From the NCBI RefSeq assembly GCF_006345805.1, contig NC_043013.1, forward strand, positions 1-64,000: a stretch of DNA of 64,000 nucleotides, in the 5' to 3' direction. Position 1 is the stretch's first letter; the number at the start of each line of letters is the position of its first letter. A program made the translations under genes and the position numbers. Below, piece after piece: positions 12,385 through 24,462 of this stretch. The notes beneath the pieces are model-generated. The model searched no databases. It was not told where the DNA came from and saw only the letters and a list, made by a program, of their open reading frames with translations. The stretch is from Octopus sinensis. Lineage: Eukaryota.

Positions 12385-14173
12385 TAATAATGATAATAAT
12401 ATTAATAATGAATTTCAGTTAATTTTTCTGTGTGTGTATGACTGTAATGTGTATGTGCATGAGTGCTTACGTATGTATGTACAATTTACTTGTTGAAAAT
12501 CTATTTGGAGTGAAACAGCAAACATTATAAGTTTGATATAAATACACAGATTATGTGAAGTGAAGGCCATCAAGTAGTTTTAAGAACAACTTTGCAATTA
12601 TTACATAATTAACAAATTGTAATTTTGTTGCTCACTAAAGGTTAGAAAAAAAATTTTTTTAAATAATAACAGATTCCCTCTTTGTTAGAAAGAGGGTAAC
12701 AAATTTTTGATAAGACACATAATTTGAAATTTCATTGAATTTCATTTCAAATTTTTTTTTTTTTAATTTTCATTCAAAAGAAAATATGTAAAATTTGTTC
12801 AATATCTAGTTTCAATAATTTTACCACATCATTGGAAGCCTTTGATTTTGATACCGTTTTCTTTTGATTACATAACCCCACCAATTCTCCAAATCTCTAT
12901 CCATTAACTGTGAAATTAATATGGTGTGTGTACAGCAAAGATAGAATAGAGAAAATATATTAATAAGATAGAAATAAGAACATATCCTGTAGACAAATAC
13001 AGGAAGATTTTGTGTATTCTAGCCCATGGAGGATAAAGGATATTAATTATATCTAATTTACTCTAATTTACACAGGAAGACATTATGTTGCTCTAGTCAT
13101 GCAAGCATGAAAATATGGATGCAAAACAGCAGGGAAAAAAATAAATAACCTTCCTTTAATTTATGTAGTAGAAAAATCAGTATTGCTTTGTATGCTTATT
13201 ATAAAGGCGAGGAAATATATTTTGTACTTTTATATAGAAGGGAGAAACTAAGTTATTCTGATTATCTAAATTGTATTGGGTGTTAAAGTGACAGAAATTT
13301 GATGTAAAATATCACTTTTTTTTTTTAGATCAATAATATAAAGTGAAGAGATTGAAACAGAATACTGGCAAAAGAGGGAGGGGTGAGAGATGAATATACT
13401 TCCTTCAATTTTAACATTCCTTCTTTTTATTTTGTAAATGTTTTCTGTTTTCTCTGTAACTAAAGGCACTGAGTTTAGGTTCTGAGTTCTACCTTCAAAT
13501 ATTTATCAAAGACCCACTGTGTGAAGATAATACTGGATTGGGTGAGATATAGAGAGTGAGAAAGAGAAATAGAAAGACTAGCCCTCTGAGATGACAGTCA
13601 GCAAAAACTAAAGAGAAGAAACTTTTTTTTAGTTTTTAAACTTTTTACAAAATTCTGTTTGTTGGGTAATGAAAGGCCAAAACACTACAGCTATAATATC
13701 GTAAAACAAAGCAATTCTATATCAGTTAAAAGCCAAATGATAATAAAATACATTTCAAGTGGCATTTAAGATGCCCAGATCACAAATAGAAGATACTGTT
13801 AAAACACAGCATTGTTTTATATTTTTAAGTATTTTTTTTAATTCTGTCCCCCGTCCCCCCACTTCCTTTTCAAAGGATTTTTAGGTTTCCAATATCTTCA
13901 TAACATTTTTGTCTTGTCTCTCTTTCTCTGTTCTTTCTCTTCCTTTTTTTTTTCTGAAAAAAATTCCATTATTCACAATTCTTTCTTCACTCTGGTTTTA
14001 CATCTCCCAATGATATGAAAGCAACTTTTTATAAATTTGATAATTCAAAGAAGAAAAAAAAAAAGTAAACCAAAATGATAGAGAGAGCGAATGAGAGTGA
14101 GAGAGAGAATGAGAGTGAGAGAGAAAAGCACTAAAAAAAATATTAACTTGCTAAATATTCAAAATGGAAAATG
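10300..14173 (-). other. Probable long 3' UTR of the ZNF gene
   Basis: About 3.9 kb directly after the stop codon with no recognisable SINE/LINE fragment in an otherwise TE-saturated window; U-rich on the minus strand; AATAAA (minus) at 13426-13431 and 10845-10850. Confidence 0.4.
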
Positions 14174-15521
14174 TTATAAGTTTATATACGTGATCATTTC
14201 CTCTTGGTTAGGGGGTGTGGGGTTGGTATAGGGTTGAGGGGGTGCATACATTTGGCTGTTACTGATGTAATCCTGTCTCATGACCATCGTATCCTGGGCA
14301 TAATAAGGCTGTTGTGCATCAACATTGCTCAGGAAATTCTCTTGTTTTCTGTAGGTGAATGACTGGCCATTGTATGTACAAAACTGCTGCGGTGGGACTT
14401 GATTTGCAGGATACAGATTGGTAAATTCCTGCTTCACTTGTACTTCACTTGGGTTTGGATTGGGGAGGTGGTTAGAGTTAGCAGCACTATTGCTATTGGT
14501 GCTGCTATTGCTGCCAAAAGGTTCCAATTGATGGTTTGTTCTATTTAAATTAATCACAACAGGCTTGGTATCCACGTTTGTTTGATTTGGGTATGGTGTT
14601 GGCAAAGACAAAGACACGCTGTTTGTAAGGTTGCAGTTGCTCGGTAACTTGACAGCAACACTTGTGTTAGTGACACCAGAAGATGTGGTGGAAACTAAGT
14701 TGATATCATTTGATATTGAAGAATTGATATCACAGGTGTTAATAGGATTAGGCACTGGCCCAAGGCCATTCTCTGCTATAACACCACCATTATATAAAAG
14801 TGCAGTGTTGCCATCACACATGAGTGCTGCTGGAGCTGGTGGTAACGGTGGTTTGCAGGTAAGGGTGTGCTTCTTAAGTTGCTTTGAATATGAAAAAGAC
14901 TTTTTACAGCTTTTACACTGAAACGGCTGTTCACCTGTATGAGTCCTCTGGTGAACAACCAAATTACTGCTACGAGCAAATGTTTTGTCACAGAAGGAAC
15001 AGCTGAAAGGCTTCTCACCCGTGTGAGTGCGGATGTGTAATGTTAAGTTGTATGTGCGAGGAAATTTCTTTTTACAATATTTGCACTCAAAAGAATTCAC
15101 TTTATGCGACCGAGTGTGTTCCCTTAATTCACTGAAGCAGGTGGCTGTCTTTTCACAGTACTGACACTGATACAGCTTGTCTCGATTGTGCTGGGTTTTG
15201 ATGTGCTGGGTCAGCCCATACAGTCGAGACAGGGTTTTCTTGCAATACTCACAGGTGTAGCGTTTTTCTCCGCTACTATTTGTAGTACAAGCACCACCAA
15301 CAGTGCTAGCGCTGCTACATCGACTGCTATTCAGGTTGTCACACTCAGAAGGGTGTTGCATCTTCATGTGTTGTTGCAGCTCCTCAGAACTATAAAATGT
15401 CTTTTGGCAGTGCTTGCACACTAATAGCTTCGCTTGAAGCTGTTCTGTTTTGGTGTCCAGAAGCTGTGAGAATCCAGGTGGTTGGCCAGCATTTATATCT
15501 GCTGCCATGCGTTGATGGTGG

Positions 15522-15556
<35 letters not shown>

Positions 15557-16579
15557 TGGATGAGTTTGGTGAGGAGGAAGAGGAGGTGGTGGTGGTGGAG
15601 GAGGGGCATGCTGACCAAATTCCAGCTGTCTGGCAGTGTTGCTATCAATTGATTGATTAAAGTCAATTTGGTTTTGAGGCTGAGGGAGATGCTGCAATGT
15701 TTGCGAAAAACTTATCTCTTCGATTTTCGGTTCAACTAGATGCTGCTGCTGCTGCTGTTGTTGTTGTTGCTGTTGCTGTTGTTGTTGCTGGGTTTGGAAA
15801 TCCAAAGACATAGTTTTCACTTGTTCTGGAGAAGCAAAGTCAACCTGGCCAGGTGTTCCCACAGAATTGTTTACCTGTGAAACAAAATCTAATTGTTCGG
15901 TCTTGAGTTTCACTGGTTCATTAAAATTTAATTGTTCCAACTTGTTTTCATTATGCTGAATGAGATCTATCTGTTCAGCGTCTCCCATTGATTGTGCAAA
16001 TCCAAATTGGCTGATTGTTTGGACTTTATCATCCACAGAGACAGACTGGTTAAAGTCAAGCTGCTGTTTGCTTAACTGCTCAAAATCTAAATCAGACTTC
16101 TCGCTCTTCACCATTTCACTGAAGTCAATTTGCTCTTGTTTTACAACGGAACTCAAATTATTTATGTCCTCTGGTTCATTCTTTATTTGAACTGGGAAGG
16201 ACAACTGTTGTGCTGCCACTACATCTAACTGCTCAGGGAATTCAAGAGTTCCTGATTTCAAATCCATTTGATGAGAGAACTCTATATCTAACTTACCAGT
16301 TTGTGATGTGGGAAACTGAATTGTTGCAGTATCATCACCTGTTGGCTGCTGCGGAATAAACATCAGGTGACTCGCATCTGCACCTTGGATTATATGAGTC
16401 TGCTGAGCAAAGTCAAACTGTGTGACATCAATTTGTGGGAACTGTGTTGGTGAGCGCTGCGAAGGTTGTTGAACATAATTCAGCTGACCAACAGTAATGG
16501 ACGTTGGATCTGAGTTTCGTACAAAGTTACTTGCAGTTGGGAATGTCTGTAAGAAAGGTTTTTCAGTTTTAAAAGACAT
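14174..16579 (-). CDS. C2H2 zinc-finger transcription factor, 801 aa, single coding exon; 6 fingers (last is C2HC), polyQ16, polyP, polyH11, long Q-rich N-terminus
   Basis: Intact ORF. Fingers CKHC..HMKMQH, CEYC..HIKTQH, CQYC..HTRSH, CKYC..HIRTH-TGEKP, CSFC..HQRTH-TGEQP, CKSC..HTLTC lie at about 14856-15425. In-frame TGA 10 codons upstream of the ATG and A at -3 (gtcacgATG) support the start. No orthologue recognised. Confidence 0.95.
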
Positions 16580-16705
16580 CGTGACCAGTATTTGTAGCAG
16601 CTGGTTTCACTCATAAGCAGGAACTTATAAAAGAGTTTACACACTGTGGATGATTTCAATGTTGAGACAGCAGCATGAAGTTGGATTCCTGAAATGATAC
16701 AAAAA
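16580..16705 (-). promoter_or_regulatory. 5' UTR portion of the ZNF exon (16580-16688) and its 3' splice acceptor
   Basis: Minus strand reads tctttttgtatcatttcAG|gaatcc, with AG at 16690-16689. This implies one or more upstream non-coding exons. Confidence 0.65.
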
Positions 16706-19700
16706 GATACTTCAGTATCTCAGGTAGAAATAGACAAATGGATATATAACAGACAAATATAAAATTGATCTGGCCAGGCTGAACATAAAACAGGTTGAAC
16801 ATTTTGACCAGGTATGGCTAGTTTAAATGCTAAAGGCCTAAAACATCAATAAATTTCATTCTGTTATCACAGGATAACAATGGAAAATGATCTTGAAATA
16901 ACATTTATTCAAATGCATAGAGAAAATATTTTAAAGATAGGTGATACATCAAGTTTTGAAATCACATTGATAGCTTTAGTATGAGTATTGCTTGTATCAT
17001 TGAAAATTAGACATCTGGATATCCTTGCAATAATAATGTTTCTTATTCTATGCTTCTATGCTAACATGATATAGGACTGTTACTAACCACAGGTATGATA
17101 CACAAGTTAACTGACCATAAAGTCTGACCAACCCTAATGAATGAAACTGCAGGTATGTAATGGTTTGATACAGGTGTAAGTATTCCCTTGGTATAAGTGA
17201 TCCCCTTTTCTTTTTTTTTTTTTCATCCTTATATTTGATAACAATTTAAATAATTCTTATATTCTACCCATTAATTCATACATCCAGCAGGTGTTTTCTG
17301 CTGATCAGATATTCACCTTCACAAACCATATTTTCCATTGTGGATTAAGATTAAGCAAAGAGTAGATGAGACATGCTCTAATAGACAGGTGATATCCAGC
17401 TAAAAACTGAGTATCTTCTTCAATTAACTACAACCTATTATAAATTGCAGGTGACTCAAGAAGTCAGCCGCAATTGATGATTGATTACAGGTGACTCTAG
17501 AAACCCAAAATGTTCACCCAATCTGACAAAACATCAATCAATATGAATGCAACAATCTCATCAACATCAAAAAGACAGGTAAAATTCTCTCTCTCTCTCC
17601 ATGTCTAGCAACAGCATTCTGAATGATAGTTTTGCTGAGTTTATCAATGTAATCAGGTAAATGCTATTTTAAGCGATGGGATACAAGCCAGAGGTTAAGG
17701 TCTTACATTCCTAGCCATATACACAAACCAACAGCATCACTGTAGATGCAATGCAATCAACAAACAAGGGCAGATGTAGTTTGATTTCTAAACAAAATAG
17801 TGATTGAAGTGAATGATTCTCTGGACTTTGCACGGTAAATGTCACAGAATAACAAATGTTGTAATTAAAATGTGGACAATATAGCCCTGAGAATAATCAA
17901 TCACAATAACAATAGATGACAAATGCCTAAAGACAAACTCTTACCACTTCAGTCAGACAACAGAAAAATAGAAAATCACAGTCCAGTTTGTATAAAAACA
18001 TAGAAACGGATACGAATGAACCTAAACTGAAAGCATCTCAGCATCCAGATTCTTCTTGTCAAATGTAATGCTTACATCTAATCACATTGTTTTTAATTAA
18101 TCCCACATTATCCAATAGCTTTGAGATTTCAATGATGAGATTGTTTATTTTTAGAATGACATTGTAGGGTAGGTGTGAGGGGCTAGACCTGGTCAGTTTG
18201 CATAGAAATCGAGTAGAATTTGAGAATCAAATCAACTGTCATAGAATACCAATATATTGGTAAAGATTAATAAGAAGGCACAAAATCAAAATTATGTTTA
18301 TGTTGCAGAGGCCTCTTTAAACATACAACAAAAAGCTAAAACAACACAAAGTGCATTGTGACCAATGATGTTTAACAGCATTCAATAGTCTGGTCGATCA
18401 CATGATAATATGATATATATACTATGTATGTATCACCATCGCCATCATCATTGTTTAACATCCGCTTTCCATGCTGGCATGGGTTGGATGGTTCGAGTGA
18501 GAACTGGCAAGTTGGGAGGCTGTGCCAGGTTCCAATCTGATTTGGCAAGGTTTCTACAGCTGGAGACCCTTCCTAATGCCAACCACTCCAAGAGTGTAGT
18601 GGGCGCTTTTAGTGTATAAGGTTACATGTGTGTGCAGCTGTGTGAATGTTTAAATTCTGTGGCTACACATGAAACCATTTGAGCAGCACAAAGCAATGTA
18701 TTTGTGACACACCCAGTTAAGAAACCATGCTGTGTAGCTTTGAATTCTCAATGCCTTACTTGTAATACAAATAAGGGATTTTTGTAATAAAAATAAGAAT
18801 TGATGACAGACAATGAGACAAACTGTAAAACACTAGATCAAAATACGTCTCCATCCGACTCCTGCAAACATAGCAATCTGATGTTAAGCAAAAAAATATA
18901 TAAAAATATATTGGTCCATGCTTGCATGGATGAGAGGCATTAAAGGATTATCATGATATATCTCTTTTCTTTTTTACTTGTTTCCCTCATTAGACTGTGT
19001 CAATGCTGGGGCACTGCACTGGAGGGTCTTTGGTGGAATGAATCAACCCCAGTGCTTTTTTTTTTCCTACTAGTTGTCAAGCAGCAGCAGGGAACAAATA
19101 CGGACGGGGACATACACACACACAACAGGCTTCTTTCAGTTTCCATCTACCAAATTCACTTACAAAGCTTTGATCACAAAACACCACTCGGTTGGAAAGC
19201 AAGCTTCTTACAACACAGCCATTCCTGTGTGTGGGAAGTACACACACGCACATACACAAATACATACATTCACATATATTAAGCTGTATGTACACACACA
19301 CACACATATATATATGTTTATACACACAAACATATATTTTGTACACATAATATATCTGTGTTACATAATCATGAACAGATTTACAAGAAATGCTATGTAA
19401 TTATATACATGCACACGTGATCGAAATTGCACAGGTGTGTTTGTTTTTAAGGAGACTTGCATATTTGGATCCTGCAATTAATACACATATTTATGCACGG
19501 GTATAAAAACGTGTAAAGTAACAAACACGTACAAGCAGTATATATATATATATATGTTCCAAAATGTACACCCCACACACACACACGTATACACAATTAC
19601 ATAATTGAGAACTTCTCAGAATGTGTGCACATGTAGGAATTAATGTTAATACAAATGTACAGACACATAAGACATGCACAGAAAATATATATTTTCATAA

Positions 19701-19907
19701 ACAGCCCCACCAACACTACCATCATTATCACCATCATCATGTAGGTGTGTGTGTGTTTGAAGAGAGTATTTTGTGTACATGTAACGAGATGTATGTATAC
19801 ATGTATGAAGGTATCTGAGTACATTAGAATGTGTGTGTATGTATGTATGAATGTGTGTGTAAATAAATATATATATATATGTATGTATATATATGATGAT
19901 GATGATC

Positions 19908-20716
19908 ATCATCATCATCATCGTTTAACGTCCGTTCTCCATGCTAGCATGGGTTGGACGGTTCGACCAGGGTTCTGGGAAGCCAGAAGGCTGCACCAGG
20001 CTCCAGTCTAATCTGGCAATGTTTCTACAGCTGGATGCCCTTCCTAACGCCAACCACTCCGTGAGTGTAGTGGGTGCTTTTTAACGTGCCACCTGCACAG
20101 GTGCCAGGCGGTGGCAACGGCCACGGTCAGATTGGTGTATTTTATGTGCCACCGGCACGGAAGCCAGTCGAGGCGGTGCTGGCATCGGCCACGAGTCGGA
20201 TAGTGCTTTTTTTTTACGTACCACCAGACCAGGATCCTGGCTGGTTCAATTCGATTCGATTTCGCTTGCCCCAACATGTCTTCACAAGCAAAGGGGTTGG
20301 CATGGGTGCCTGTCGTACGGTCGCATTGGAGTATTTTACGTGCCACGGCCACGAGTCGGATAGTGCTTTTTACGTACCACCAGGCCAGGGATCCTGGCTG
20401 GTTCAATTCGGTTTCGATTTCGATTGCCCCAACATGTCTTCGCAAGCATGGGGGGTGGCATGGGTGTCTGTCGTCAGGTGAGGTTCTATATCGACTTCGC
20501 TTGCCTCAACCGGTCTTTGCGTCCAGGGAGGAAAGGCATTCATAAGTGGGCTGGGCTCACTTGTCCTGCCTGGTCTTCTCACGTACAGAATATTTCCAAA
20601 GGTCTCGGTTGCTGGTCATTCCTCAGTGAGGCCTAAAGTTCGAAGGTCGTGCTTCACCACCTCGTCCCAGGTTTTCCTGGGTCTACCTCTTCCACGGGTT
20701 CCCTCAACTGCTAGGG
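19908..20716 (-). mobile_element. 5'-truncated RTE-clade LINE: RT C-terminus, 3' UTR with internal VNTR, (GAT)n tail
   Basis: 20716-20620 minus = SLAVEGTRGRGRPRKTWDEVVKHDLRTLGLTE (RTE-type RGRPRKTW motif). The 3' end ggaagggcatccagctgtagaaac...gtccaacccatgctagcatgg..gttaaacgatgatg recurs many times in the window. Confidence 0.85.
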
Positions 20717-20784
20717 AAGAGTGATGATGATATATATATATATATATATATATAATGTATATATATATATATGGTGATGATAAC

Positions 20785-21400
20785 ATCATCATCATTGTTT
20801 AACGTCCACTTTCTGCGCTAGCACGGGTTGGACGGTTCGACCGGGGTCTGGGAAGCCAGGGCCTGCACTAGGCTCCAGTCTGATCTGGCAGTATTTCTAC
20901 AGCTGGATGCCCTTCCTAACGCCAACCACTCCGCAAGTGTAGTGGGTGCTTTTTACGTGCCACCTGCACAGGTGCCAGGGGGGTCTAGCATCGGCCACAA
21001 TCGGTTGGTGCTTTTAACGTGCCACTGGCACGGAAGCCAGCCAAGGCGGCGCTGGCATCGGCCACGTTCGGATGGTGCTTTTTTATGTGCCACCGGCACA
21101 GAAGCCAGTCGAGGCGGCGCTGGCAACGGCCACGTTCGGATGGCACTTTTTATGTGCCACCGGCACAGAAGCCAGTCGAGGCGGCGCTGGCATCGGCCGC
21201 GTTCGGATGGTGCTTTTTATGTGCCACCGGCACAGAAGCCAGTGGAGGCGGCGCTGGCAACGGCCACGTTCAGATGGTGCTTTTTATGTGCCACCGGCAC
21301 AGGTATCAAAACTACTATTTCCATTGATATTTGCACTTGACTCAACAGGTCTCCTCAAGCACAGCGAGATGTTCTGGGATCTAAGGACATATAAGGACAT
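20785..21400 (-). mobile_element. RTE 3' UTR fragment carrying about 5 copies of a ~67-bp VNTR unit
   Basis: Repeated tttttatgtgccaccggcacagaagccagtcgaggcggcgctggcaacggccacgttcggatggtgc inside the same RTE tail context. Confidence 0.8.
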
Positions 21401-22603
21401 TTATCTCCATGTGCAATGGGATGTATATGTACATATAACAATATATATAGAAATGTGAAATGGGATATATGTCTAATTAAGGGCCAATCCCAATATCCAC
21501 CACCATCTTAGCCCCCCCACACACACACACACAATATGTATATATTTTTATATCAGGTTTTAATTTTAGGGGCAAGGATGTTCAAGTACAATATGTGATG
21601 TTCATGCCTTACCCAAATACTGTTTTCACAATTTGGCACAAGGCCAGCAATTTCACAAGATAGGGTAAGTTCAACTGACATTTATTTTATCAATCCCAGG
21701 AGAAAAGGAAAATGTGACTTGGTGGAATATGAACCGGTCAGAGCATAAAGACAAACAAAATGTCGCTAATCATTTTGCCCAGTATGATAACGAGTCTGTC
21801 AATTCACTGCCAAATATTAGCTACACAACAAAATTGAAATAGCTTCAACCAGAAATTGAAGCTATAGTTGTACAAATAAGTGTTTGTGTGTGTGTGTGAG
21901 GGAGAGAGAGAGAGAGAAACACCATTTTAGTTTAACATCTATGTATGTGTATATAGTGGTTTTATCTCTAATTTAATTTAAATATATATATATATATTTA
22001 CTGTTGGTGAGCTGGCAGAATCATTAACACGCCGGACAAAATGCTTAATGGTATTTCATCTGCTGTTAAGTTCTGAGTTCAAATTCTGCCGAAGTTAATT
22101 TGCCTGTCATCCTTTCGGGGTTGATTAAATAAGTACCAGTTATGCACTGGGGTCAATGTAATCGACTTAATCCCTTTGTCTGTCCTTGTTTGTCCCCTCT
22201 GTGTTTAGACCCCTGTGGGCAATAAAGAAATATATATATTTATTGTTGCGCATCCCTGTTTTAGAATAGGTACACTATTTTGAAAGGGGCTAAAATGGTT
22301 AGCAACAAGAAGGGTACTTTATTATAAACTTCAGCCTCAGCACCAAATATCTATGCCAGCAGAGAAAAGCAAATGTCAAAATGCTGACAATTTTTTACAT
22401 CCATTTTTGTCATGGGTTGGACAAACTAATTATTGAGGTGTGACCTGACATGCTCTTCCGATCACCAAGCACAGAAGTACAAGGTATTTGGTGACAGGGA
22501 ATGTTTAACATGATACCACCACTTGAGCAAAGGTATTGCAGAATATAATCATTCACACAGATATATACACACAGTTTATATAAAAAAAAAAAAATATATA
22601 TAT

Positions 22604-22958
22604 ATGGTGGTTGTCTACTCCTTATGCAGATTCTGACTGCCTCCTGTACCTACACCTGAGAACCATCATGGCATCTGTTGTGACTTTTTAAACCAGGCAA
22701 TGTATTGAAAAGCTGCAGTAAGTTCTGATCTTTGTGGATCTTAAAATGTCTTTCGAGGCCTCCATTAGATTTGCAGACCTTATGGCACATATAGTGAAAA
22801 AACGGTATGGACGATTTGTTTTGGAGTCTAATAATACCATGTACGCCTGTGAAGATTTACAAACATACTTTCCCAATGAAACTCGGTTTTTTCTCAAACC
22901 TTTTATAATGTGATGCAAGTCTTTGGTGTAGCAATGGCACACGGCTGAAGAAGGCTTT
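22604..22958 (-). mobile_element. Second copy of the zinc-finger-tailed retroelement 3' end
   Basis: Minus strand encodes CHKVCKSNGGLERHFKIH..TLPGLKSHNRCHDGSQV* and shares the 3' tail of the 8389-8700 copy. Confidence 0.6.
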
Positions 22959-23143
22959 TGATCCATCTGTTATATCGATTATGCATTGATGTAAAAATAA
23001 GTTGTTCTATAAAGCCGGAAACATATGTACCACAACATCCTTTGCATCTTGCTTTTCATTTATTTCATTTGATACACACATATATATATATAAATATCTG
23101 TAAATATAAACCATCCGATCTTCTGATTACCTCATTTCTTCTA

Positions 23144-23185
<42 letters not shown>

Positions 23186-24299
23186 GGGGGGGGAGACAGA
23201 CAGACAGAAAAAGATTATTTTGTATATTTTATTTGTTTCAGTCATTAGACTGCGGCCATGCTGGAGCACTGCCGCGAAGAATTTTTAATCAAATGAATCA
23301 ACCCCACTATTTGTTTATATTTTTTTAAAGCCTCGTACTTATTTTATTGGTCTCTCTTTGTTGAACCACAAAGTGATTTGCTTTTTCATTCTTTCATTTT
23401 TTGTCTCTTGTTTGTCATTAGGCAGTGGCCATGCTGGGGCACCACCACAAAGGGTTTCAGTTGAATAAATTGACCTCAGTATTTATTTTTTGATATCTGG
23501 TATTTGCTGTATTGCTCTCTTTGCTGAACTGCAAGTTATGGGGGCAAAAACAAACCAACACTGGATGTCAAGTGGTGCATGCATATCTTTTATTTTTTAC
23601 TCGTTTCAGTCATTAGGCTGTGGCCAGCTGGAGCACTGTCTTGAAGAGCTTTTAGTTGAATGAATCAATCCCAATACATATAAAACTGGTACATATTCTA
23701 TCAGTCTCTCTTTGCCGAACTGCAAGGTTATGGGGACATAAACATACCAGGCAATGATGGGAAGGGGGCAAACACAGACAGAAAGATACACACATACACA
23801 CACACATACATGCATGCATATATTTTTGACAGACTTCTTTCAGTTTCCATCAACCAGATCCACTCACAAGATATTGGTCAGCCCAAGATTACAGTAGAAG
23901 ACACTTGCCCAAGGTTCCACACAGTGGGACGGAACCCAGAACCATGTGGTCAGGAAGCAAACTTCTTACCACAAAGCCACGCCCTGCACCTGTATATTTT
24001 AATCAAGATTCTTCCTAATTCTGACAAATATAATTCCTTGACAGAATCATGCCATCATCATAACAGAAACCACAATCCATTTCAGAAAATTTCTTTAAGC
24101 TTGCTTCTCAACCACATGGTTCCAGGTTCAGTCCCACTGCATGGCACCTTGGGCAAATGTCTTTTACTGTCACTCTGGGCCAACCAAAGACTGTGAGTGG
24201 ATTTGGCAGACATAAACTTGAAGACTGTACAAAGGTGTGTGTGCATGTGTGTGTGTGTGTGTGCATTTGTCTCCTGCTCCCCACTACTTGACATCATCA

Positions 24300-24462
24300 T
24301 CATCATCATTTAATGTCTGCGTTCCATGTTGGCATGGGTTGGATAGTTTGACTGAGGACTAGCAAGGTAGGCAGCTGCACCAGGCTCCAATCTGATCTGA
24401 CAGAGTTTCTACAGCTGGATGCCCTTCCTAACACCAAGCACTCCAAGAGTGTAGTGGGTGCC
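24300..24462 (-). mobile_element. RTE 3' end that hosts the 66-bp array
   Basis: Same tail as 19908-20080; runs directly into the first array unit at the position of the VNTR. Confidence 0.85.

Noticed and set aside
14631-16190. Plus-strand ORFs inside the ZNF gene, including a poly-D/E one
   Set aside because: Antisense shadows of the CAT/CCx/CAG codon runs of the real gene.
19430-19515. CACGTG plus TATAAAA as a plus-strand promoter
   Set aside because: Embedded in microsatellite and SINE debris with no downstream exon support; expected by chance.
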